This document shows, one piece after another, positions 12,990-20,156 of a DNA stretch of 64,000 nt. The stretch spans positions 203,133 through 267,132 of the forward strand of contig CAWFPG010000009.1 in NCBI GenBank assembly GCA_963817715.1, given 5' to 3'. The stretch's first letter is position 1, and each line of letters begins with the position of its first letter. Below the pieces are notes generated by a model. It was not told the DNA's origin. It saw only the letters and a list, made by a program, of their open reading frames with translations, and did no database searches. Source of the DNA: an uncultured Gemmatimonadales bacterium (GTDB lineage: Bacteria; Gemmatimonadota; Gemmatimonadetes; Gemmatimonadales; GWC2-71-9). A program made the translations under genes and the position numbers.

Positions 12990-13555
12990 GCCGCCACCTC
13001 GCGGCTCGCCGCGCGGCGCGCCACCACGGCGAAGGTGGTCCGGTTGTCGGTGGCATCGGCGATATCGCGAGCCAGGATCGCGAGTCCGTAGCGCGCTGCG
13101 GCGTCGGCGGGGGCGATCGCCGCCCGGGTCCAGTCGCGGTCGGCCGCGATCGCCCGGGCGGCCCCGGCCGTGTCCGGAGCGACCCGGGGCGCCAGCCGAT
13201 GACCCGAGAGCCAGCGGGCGCACTGGGCCAGCGCCACCGGATGCGACTCGGCCCAACGCAGCGACCCCAGGTCGGCGCCATCCAGCGCCAGCAGGCAGTG
13301 CTCGATGTCGCGGTCGAAGCGGTCGACGATCTCGAGCGCCGGGCACTCCCCCAGCACCGCGACGGCCTGGCGCACGTCGCCGACGATCGAGTTCCAGATC
13401 GGCAGCAGTCCCAGCTCGGTCCGCCCGGCGGCCACCGAGGACGCGACCGCGGCAAAGTCACCGAGGCCCACCGGACGGGCGTCGGGGATCCGTGCCAGGG
13501 CGGCAAGGTGGCTGTGGGCGCCCGGGGCACCCTGGTAGGCGATCCGCATCGTCAT
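12986..13555 (-). CDS. pheA: Prephenate dehydratase, catalytic domain only (no ACT domain)
   Basis: IAYQGAPGAHSH, LLPIWNSIVG, SHPVALAQC, DTAGAA, DNRTTF; ends at 189 aa. Confidence 0.88.
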   Translation of the reverse strand: MTMRIAYQGAPGAHSHLAALARIPDARPVGLGDFAAVASSVAAGRTELGLLPIWNSIVGDVRQAVAVLGECPALEIVDRFDRDIEHCLLALDGADLGSLRWAESHPVALAQCARWLSGHRLAPRVAPDTAGAARAIAADRDWTRAAIAPADAAARYGLAILARDIADATDNRTTFAVVARRAASREVAA

Positions 13556-13570
13556 GCTCCAGCAGGGGTC

Positions 13571-13605
13571 AACAGAAACGGCCCTCTCGGGATCGAGAGG
13601 GCCGT
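13571..13605 (-). terminator. Attenuator terminator hairpin upstream of pheA
   Basis: Minus strand: ACGGCCCTCTCG-atcc-CGAGAGGGCCGT followed by TTCTGTT; 12-bp stem ending about 15 nt before the pheA start. Confidence 0.8.
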
Positions 13606-13631
13606 GGGGTGGTCGGTGCGCTGTCGTTCAG

Positions 13632-13709
13632 CTAACGCGTACGCCGACTCCCGGCCCTCTCCAGGGGAAAGGCCGCAAAGGCGAACGGAAAGCGATAGGC
13701 GCGTGACAT
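13632..13709 (-). CDS. Phe/Tyr-rich leader peptide (pheL-like), MSRAYRFPFAFAAFPLERAGSRRTR
   Basis: 25 codons with TAT, TTT, TTC, TTT, TTT clustered in codons 5-14; contains GAGAGGGCCG, complementary to the terminator 5' arm. Confidence 0.75.
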   Translation of the reverse strand: MSRAYRFPFAFAAFPLERAGSRRTR

Positions 13710-13717
13710 GGTCCAGC

Positions 13718-13747
13718 AGGGTACCGGGTGGCCCCAGTGGCCGTCAA
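13718..13747 (-). promoter_or_regulatory. Candidate promoter TTGACG-N18-TACCCT for the pheL-pheA leader
   Basis: Plus-strand cgtcaa at 13742-13747 and agggta at 13718-13723; places the TSS at or very near the leader ATG. Confidence 0.45.
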
Positions 13748-13831
13748 GTGCTCGGCGCGAGCTCCGCGAACGAGTAGATTCGAGCTTTCCCCGTGGCCGC
13801 CTCCCGCAACCGACCCAGGATGCCTCGCCGG

Positions 13832-14356
13832 ATGACCCTCGATCGTAGCCACCTCGATGCCGCCTTCGTGGCGGCCTACGACGAGCTCCGCCGGCTGGCC
13901 GGCCACCTCAAGCGCCGTGAGCCGGGGATCACCCTCGATCCCACCGGGCTGGTGAACGAGGCGTGGATCAAGCTGTCGCGTTCCCCCGAGCTGGCCGACA
14001 CCTCGCCGCTCCATTTCAAGCGGATCGCGGCGCGGGCGATGCGCCAGGTCCTGGTCGAATCGGCCCGGCGACGCCATGCCGAGAAGCGCGGCGGTCCCGA
14101 CCGGGTGGCGATCACGCTCGACGACAACCTGTCAGACCCCGCCGCGATGGCCACCGACGTGCTGATGCTCGACGGTGCCCTGGACGAGCTCGAGCGGCGC
14201 CACCCCCGCCCTGCTGCCGTGGTCGAGGCGCGCTTCTTCGGTGGACTCACGACATCCGAGATCGCTGAGTCACTGGCGATCTCCGAGGCGACGGTGCTGC
14301 GCGACTGGCGCACCGCGCGAGCCTGGCTCGCGACCGAACTCGAGACAACCCACTGA
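13832..14356 (+). CDS. ECF sigma factor, kinase-associated (TIGR02999-like) type
   Basis: YDELRRLA...TLDPTGLVNEAWIKL...AARAMRQVLVE.ARRR.AEKRGG...VVEARFFGGLT..EIA...TVLRDWRTARAWL. Start could be 13820. Confidence 0.9.
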   Translation: MTLDRSHLDAAFVAAYDELRRLAGHLKRREPGITLDPTGLVNEAWIKLSRSPELADTSPLHFKRIAARAMRQVLVESARRRHAEKRGGPDRVAITLDDNLSDPAAMATDVLMLDGALDELERRHPRPAAVVEARFFGGLTTSEIAESLAISEATVLRDWRTARAWLATELETTH

Positions 14357-14359
14357 CCG

Positions 14360-16960
14360 ATGGTGCAAACCGACGACTGGGACCGACTCGCCGAACTCTT
14401 CGAGCGCGCCCGGGCGCTCTCGACCGACGAACGGGACGCCCTGATCGCATCGGTTCGGCGCGACGACGCCGCGCTCGCCACGCGCCTGCTGGCGATGCTG
14501 GCCACCGATCCAGGTGCCGCTTCCGTGCTCGACCGACGGGACGCCGTGGTGGAGACCCTGGCACCACCTGGGGGGACGGTATTGCCGCCCTCGCATGTCG
14601 GCCCCTACCGGATTCTCCGACTGCTGGGCGAGGGGGGCATGGGGCGGGTCTACCTGGTCGAGCGCGAGGCCCTGGGGGGCTTCGCGGCGCTCAAGATCCT
14701 CCGCGACGCCTGGATCTCAGAGGAGCGACGCCAGCGATTCATGGCCGAGCAACGCTCCCTGGCGCAGCTCAGTCATCCAGGCATCGCGCAGCTCTACGAG
14801 GCCGGGACCCTGCAGGACGGCACGCCGTGGTTCGCGATGGAGTACGTCGAGGGCGAAACGATCACCGAACATGCCCGTGCCAGGCAACTCACCGTCGCCG
14901 AGCGCCTGACGCTCCTGCGCGCGGTGTGCCGAGCAGTGCAGCACGCCCACGCTCACGCGATCATCCATCGTGACCTCAAGCCGTCGAACGTGCTGGTGAC
15001 GCCGACCAGCGAGGTGAAGCTGCTCGACTTCGGCATCGCCAAGCAGCTCGATGTCGAGGGCGAGGATGCCGAGCGGACCCGCACCGGCTACCGGATGCTC
15101 ACGCCGTCGTATGCGGCGCCCGAGCAGTTCACCGGTGGTCCGATCGGGGTGCGCACCGACGTCCACGCGATCGGCGTGCTGCTCTACGAACTGCTCACCA
15201 ACCAACTGCCGTGGCCCTCGGTTGACGAGACCAGCCAGAGCCCGCTCGCTGGTCGGAGCCGCGAGGTGACCCGGCCGTCGGTGATGGCGACCCGCGGCGA
15301 GGTCGCCCCCGGCCGGGCGGGCTGGCGGGAGCTCGACGTGATCGTCCGGACCGCGATCCATCAGGACCTCGACCGCCGCTATGCAAGCGTCGAGGCGCTC
15401 TCGCGCGATCTGGGCCATTACCTCGCCAGCGAGCGCCTCGAGGCCCGGGCCGACACCCTCGGGTATCGACTCGGCCGGCTGGTGCATCGTCGCTGGCGCG
15501 AGCTCGCGGCGGGAACGGCCCTCCTGATGCTGGTGGTCGCCCTCACGGCGGCCTACGCCGTCAACCTCACCCAGGCCCGCGACACCGCACAGGCCGAGGC
15601 CGAGCGCAGTTCGAGGATCCAGTCGTTCATGCTCGGTCTCTTCCGCGGCGACGAGGCCGACGCCGGTCCGGCCGAGTCGCTCCGGGTGGTGACCCTGATC
15701 GATCGTGGTGTGCAGGAGGCCGACGCCCTCGACGCCGAGCCCGATGTGCAGGCCGAGCTACGCGAGACCCTCGGCGACCTGCGCCGCCAGCTCGGCGACC
15801 TCGACTCCAGTGACTCGCTCCTGGCCCAGTCGCTCGCCGAGCGGAGGCGACTGCACGGCAATCGGTCGGTAGGTGTGGTTCGCTCGCTGCTGGCCATCGG
15901 CCGGCTGCGTCTCGACCAGGCCCGCTTCCCCGAGGCCGACTCGATCATCCGCGAGGCCCTGGCGATGGCCCGACCGGGCCTGGCACCGGACCACCCAGTG
16001 GTACTCGATGGGTTGGCCTTGCTGGGCCGCGTCGCCGAGGAGGAGGGACAATTCGCCGAGGCGATCGTGGCAGAGGACTCGGTGCTGGCCCACCTGCGCC
16101 CCGACACCACCTCGCTCGAGTACGGGAATGCCCTGGTTGCCTTGGCCAACACCCACTTCTATGCCGGGCACCTCGACACGAGCGACTCACTCAACCACAT
16201 GGCGCTGGGGATCTTCCGGGCCCGCCGCGGCGATCGCCATCCCCTCGTCGCCGACGTGCTGATCAACCTGGGCGCCACCCAGTTCGAGCGCGGCAACTAC
16301 GCCGAAGCCGAGCGATTCGATCGCGAGGCGCTCGACCGCACCATTGCCTGGTACGGCCACGACCACCCGGTGACCGCCTCGGCCATGACCATGCTGGGCC
16401 GGGCCCTGGTGCGCGATGGCAAGAATGTCGCTGCCGACAGCATCCTCAACGAGGCCGTGGCGATTCTCGAGCGGGTCCACGGCCCGGTGCACCCGGCGGT
16501 CGCCTCGGCGCTCAACGAGCTCGGCACCATGGCGCTGCTGCAGGATCGCTATGCCGACGCCGAGCGCTACTTCGCCCGCAACCTCGCGATCTACGACTCA
16601 CTCTACCAGGGTCACCACTGGCTGGTAGGGATCGCCCAGGCCAACATCGCCTCGGTGTGGCTGGCGGAGAAACGCTACCACGACGCCGAACTGCTCTACC
16701 GCAAGGCGCTCAAGCAGTTCATCGACAGCCAGGGACCGGCGCACGTCAACACGGCGATCGGTTACATCAAGCTGGGTCGCTCGCTGCTGCGACAGCACCG
16801 CTACCGCGAGGCGGCCGACGCCTCGCGCCAGGGCTATGACATCCTGATGGCGATGCCTGAGGCGCCGGAGGGATTCGTCAAGGCGGCCCGCACCGACCTC
16901 GCCGCCGAGTACGAGCACCTCGGCGACACGCAGGAGGCACGGCGGTTCGCCGAGCCCTGA
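14360..16960 (+). CDS. Membrane Hanks-type Ser/Thr kinase with extracytoplasmic TPR array
   Basis: LGEGGMGRVY, ALK, HRDLKPSN, DFGIAK, YAAPEQ, one TM helix, then many TPR_12-like repeats. Confidence 0.95.
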   Translation: MVQTDDWDRLAELFERARALSTDERDALIASVRRDDAALATRLLAMLATDPGAASVLDRRDAVVETLAPPGGTVLPPSHVGPYRILRLLGEGGMGRVYLVEREALGGFAALKILRDAWISEERRQRFMAEQRSLAQLSHPGIAQLYEAGTLQDGTPWFAMEYVEGETITEHARARQLTVAERLTLLRAVCRAVQHAHAHAIIHRDLKPSNVLVTPTSEVKLLDFGIAKQLDVEGEDAERTRTGYRMLTPSYAAPEQFTGGPIGVRTDVHAIGVLLYELLTNQLPWPSVDETSQSPLAGRSREVTRPSVMATRGEVAPGRAGWRELDVIVRTAIHQDLDRRYASVEALSRDLGHYLASERLEARADTLGYRLGRLVHRRWRELAAGTALLMLVVALTAAYAVNLTQARDTAQAEAERSSRIQSFMLGLFRGDEADAGPAESLRVVTLIDRGVQEADALDAEPDVQAELRETLGDLRRQLGDLDSSDSLLAQSLAERRRLHGNRSVGVVRSLLAIGRLRLDQARFPEADSIIREALAMARPGLAPDHPVVLDGLALLGRVAEEEGQFAEAIVAEDSVLAHLRPDTTSLEYGNALVALANTHFYAGHLDTSDSLNHMALGIFRARRGDRHPLVADVLINLGATQFERGNYAEAERFDREALDRTIAWYGHDHPVTASAMTMLGRALVRDGKNVAADSILNEAVAILERVHGPVHPAVASALNELGTMALLQDRYADAERYFARNLAIYDSLYQGHHWLVGIAQANIASVWLAEKRYHDAELLYRKALKQFIDSQGPAHVNTAIGYIKLGRSLLRQHRYREAADASRQGYDILMAMPEAPEGFVKAARTDLAAEYEHLGDTQEARRFAEP

Positions 16961-16969
16961 CGGCCGGCC

Positions 16970-17707
16970 CTAGCGGTATTCCGGGTTCTGGTGATCGAAG
17001 TGACAGCCGGCGTCCCAGAGCGAGCGCTGGTTGCCGTGCGCCGGGATGCCGCCCTGGTCCTTCAGCATCCTGGCGAGGTGGAGCATGTTCCACGCGGCGA
17101 AGGTGGTGTTGCGCTTGGTGAAGTCGTTGTCGAATCCCACCCTCCCACCGCCGGTCACCTCGTCACCATAGCTCGCGCCGGGGCCCGCCTCGCCGATCCA
17201 GCCGGCATCGGCCTGCGGTGGGATGGTGTAGCCGATGTGCTGCAGGCTGTACAGCACTCCCATCCCCACGTGCTTGATTCCGTCCTCGTTGCCGGTCACG
17301 ATGCAGCCACCCACCTTGCCGTAATAGGCATACTGCCCGCGGTCGTTGAGTTGCCCCGACATGCCGTAGAGTCGCTCGATCAACCGCTGGCAGACGCTCG
17401 ACTTCTCGCCGAGCCAGATCGGGGTGCCCACCACCAGGATGTCGGCTGCCTCCACTTGGCGATAGAGCGCTGGCCAGGCGTCCTCGCTGGCGCCGTGATG
17501 GGTCATGTCGGCCTGGACCCCTTCGGCGACCGGCAGGTCCACGAGTCGCACCTCCTCGACGCCGACGCCCTGTTTCCGGAAGATCTGGCCCACCACATCG
17601 AGCAGCAGGGCCGTGTGCGAACGTTCCGGCGATCGCTTGAGGGTGCAATTGACCAGCAGGGCCCGCAGGTCATCGTACCGCGCTGGTGGTGTGGTGGCTT
17701 CGGTCAC
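16970..17707 (-). CDS. Flavodoxin-fold NAD(P)H-dependent FMN reductase family protein
   Basis: NCTLKRSPERSHT, ADILVVGTPIWLG, YYGKVGGCIVTGNEDG; GTG start after AGGAG. Confidence 0.85.
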   Translation of the reverse strand: MTEATTPPARYDDLRALLVNCTLKRSPERSHTALLLDVVGQIFRKQGVGVEEVRLVDLPVAEGVQADMTHHGASEDAWPALYRQVEAADILVVGTPIWLGEKSSVCQRLIERLYGMSGQLNDRGQYAYYGKVGGCIVTGNEDGIKHVGMGVLYSLQHIGYTIPPQADAGWIGEAGPGASYGDEVTGGGRVGFDNDFTKRNTTFAAWNMLHLARMLKDQGGIPAHGNQRSLWDAGCHFDHQNPEYR

Positions 17708-17805
17708 GGAAGACTCCTGATGTGTGGCGGGCCGGGCCCAGGGTGGGACGGCCTCTGGCACGGTGCGACGTCGGGCCGCGGCGGCGAGGCCGGCAGCCCT
17801 GTCCG

Positions 17806-18510
17806 TCAGGGTACCCCGGCGACCGGCCGGAGACGGCTACCGTGCGACCCGGCCATCCGTCGGGCGAGCACTCCGAGCGCCGCCCCGAATGCCACGTGGG
17901 CCAGCAGCACCGTCGCCGGGAAGCCGATCGAGAAGTCGAGCCCGAACCGGCCAACACCCATCGCCATCACGACCGGACTGACCAGGAAGCCGAGGCCGAC
18001 CAGGATCGCGAAACCGACCGCCAGGGCCGGCCGGCGCGTGCCGACCAGCAGTACGTACATCAGCCCAAAGCTGGCACCGTTCCACAGGTGTGCCAACCAG
18101 CCGACGACATCGGAGGTGATCGACGGACCGAGCGCGAAGCGGTCGAGCAGCAGCACACCCATCAATCTCGGCATGTTGCCCGGCATGTAGCCGAGCTTGT
18201 ACCCGAGGAGGCGAACCACCTCGAGCGCGAGGGTGGCCAGTATCCCGGCCGCCGCACCACCCAACAGGTCGCGCGAGAACCAGGACCAGCGGCGGCGGGA
18301 CAGCACCGTGAGCACGAGGAGTCCCGCCACGGCCGGCAGTTCGAGGTGGCTGCCCAGCCAGGCCATGCTGCCGTGGCCCGATTCGGCGAGCGGGAACACG
18401 AGTGGACCGACGCCGGCCAGCAGCAGTGCCAGGCCGACCAGGATCAATTGAATCATCAGGATGCTCCCCGCCGCGAGACGCGCATCGTTGCGCGCCTCGC
18501 GGCCTGGCAT
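17806..18510 (-). CDS. Multi-pass membrane protein of unknown function
   Basis: About 6 hydrophobic segments; HLWNGASFGLMY, LLAHVAFG. Start uncertain. Confidence 0.7.
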   Translation of the reverse strand: MPGREARNDARLAAGSILMIQLILVGLALLLAGVGPLVFPLAESGHGSMAWLGSHLELPAVAGLLVLTVLSRRRWSWFSRDLLGGAAAGILATLALEVVRLLGYKLGYMPGNMPRLMGVLLLDRFALGPSITSDVVGWLAHLWNGASFGLMYVLLVGTRRPALAVGFAILVGLGFLVSPVVMAMGVGRFGLDFSIGFPATVLLAHVAFGAALGVLARRMAGSHGSRLRPVAGVP

Positions 18511-18524
18511 GGATCGGGACGTGA

Positions 18525-18998
18525 TTACTTGGTCACCATCGCGACGAGATTGCCGACCTTGGCATCAAGCATCCCGGCCGTCTTGTCGATCGCCGGATCA
18601 TGGAACTGGCCCAGCACGGCCGACGGACGGTCATAGCTGACGAAGGTCGTGCCGTCCTTGTCCTGGTAGACGTAGACGCGCAGCGGCAGGTAGAGCCCCG
18701 CGCCGGGATCGCTGCCGAACACCTGCTTGCCCACCGCCGGATTGCCGACGAGGAAGAGGTGCCCCTGCATCTTCAGGCCGGTCATCGACATGATGTTCCC
18801 CTGGTCGACCTCGGCCATCACCATCATGCCGCCCTTGCCGACGGCACCCTTGAGTCCGGCGACGGTTTCGGTGAACGAATGATGGCTGGCCACCGTCTCG
18901 CGGGGACCCTGGGCGGCCACCGGCGCGGCGGATGCGGCGACCAGCACAGGGATCATGAGGAAGGCGGCAATGCGGAATCGCGTGAACATGCGCAACAT
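18525..18998 (-). CDS. Secreted DUF302-domain protein
   Basis: Signal peptide; SFTETVAGLK..V, VGNPAVG, AGLYLPLRVYVY...VSYDRPS; GGAGAG RBS. Confidence 0.85.
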   Translation of the reverse strand: MLRMFTRFRIAAFLMIPVLVAASAAPVAAQGPRETVASHHSFTETVAGLKGAVGKGGMMVMAEVDQGNIMSMTGLKMQGHLFLVGNPAVGKQVFGSDPGAGLYLPLRVYVYQDKDGTTFVSYDRPSAVLGQFHDPAIDKTAGMLDAKVGNLVAMVTK

Positions 18999-19000
18999 GG

Positions 19001-19077
19001 CACTCTCCGTAACGGCCCGAAGGCCGGGGTAAAGGAACAGCGGGCCGATGCTCGGTCGAGCACCGCCACGGAGAGTG
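19001..19077 (-). promoter_or_regulatory. Structured 5' leader sequestering the DUF302 RBS
   Basis: 10-bp outer stem CACTCTCCGT/ACGGAGAGTG enclosing hairpins GGTGCTC-gacc-GAGCATC and CGGCC-ttcg-GGCCG. Confidence 0.55.
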
Positions 19078-19193
19078 TTGCGGGAGCGCGGGGAATCCTT
19101 ACACGGACACGGAGCAGGACACGCCGATGCCGGGAGGGTTGCGACTCGAGGGGCCACTGGACGCCGGGAGCGAGTGCCCCGGGGGCCGGTGGG

Positions 19194-20156
19194 TCAGATC
19201 TCCCAGTTGCTCAGCAGGACGCCGCGCGGTTCCGGATCGGGAAAGCCATCGAGTGTCATCCGGAGGTCGGTCCACTGGACCCGCCAGCCCAGCTCGATCA
19301 GCGCAGCGTAGAGGGCCTGCTGGGCGCCCTGACAGCGCACCGTGACGTGCGGCCGGCGTCGGCGTACCGCCTCGCCGGCGACCGCATCGAGCAATCGTCG
19401 GGCGACGGCCAGATCGGTGGCCACCAGCTTGAGCACGCGCAGCTCCTCGCTGCGGCGTCCCTCCGCCAGTGCGGCGTCGTGCCAGAGGGCAAAGCCGACC
19501 AGCTCCCCACCCCGATCGCGGGCAAACTCGACATCGCCCAGTCCCAGCTTGAGCGTCAGGGCGCATTCGCGATCATAGGATGCCCCTGGGTTCACCCGCT
19601 CGGTGAGCGCCGCACACGCCGCCAGGAGTTCCTCCCGATCGGGTGCCGTGCCTTCGCCGATCCGGCCGGTGCCCGGCACCGTGCCTCGCGTGGCGGGCCC
19701 CTGCAGGGTGACCGTCAGTGGGCCGGGTCGAAAGCCGAGCCGTGAGTAGAAGCCGATGTTGTCGATGGTGCGCGGCATCGTCTCGAGGCCGATGGTCCGG
19801 ACACCGGCATCGCGGAGCCAGGTGATCGCGGTCTCGACAATCCGCCGCCCCAGACCACTGCCCTGATGGTCGAGGCGCACCGCGAGCGGCCCCATCCAAC
19901 CCTCGCCGCGGCACTCGTGGGCCAGGTTGAACGCGGCCAGGTCACCGCGCGCGTCGCGCCACACGAAGGCCCCCGCACCGGCATTGGCGATCGCATACTC
20001 CCAGACCGCGGGGTTGAGGTAAGGCACCCGGACCCCCTGCATTCCGTCGCGACGGTAGCGATCGGTGAACGCGTCGCTGAACAGCCGGTTCAGTCCCGCA
20101 ATATCGCGAGGCGCGGCCCGCTCGGCATCGCCGACGGTGCGGTCAGTCCGCCACAC
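19194..20156 (-). CDS. GNAT acetyltransferase
   Basis: WMGPLAVRLDHQGSGLGRRIV (motif A), IGLET...NIGFYSRLGF; overlaps the rad50/sbcC stop. Start uncertain. Confidence 0.85.
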   Translation of the reverse strand: MWRTDRTVGDAERAAPRDIAGLNRLFSDAFTDRYRRDGMQGVRVPYLNPAVWEYAIANAGAGAFVWRDARGDLAAFNLAHECRGEGWMGPLAVRLDHQGSGLGRRIVETAITWLRDAGVRTIGLETMPRTIDNIGFYSRLGFRPGPLTVTLQGPATRGTVPGTGRIGEGTAPDREELLAACAALTERVNPGASYDRECALTLKLGLGDVEFARDRGGELVGFALWHDAALAEGRRSEELRVLKLVATDLAVARRLLDAVAGEAVRRRRPHVTVRCQGAQQALYAALIELGWRVQWTDLRMTLDGFPDPEPRGVLLSNWEI

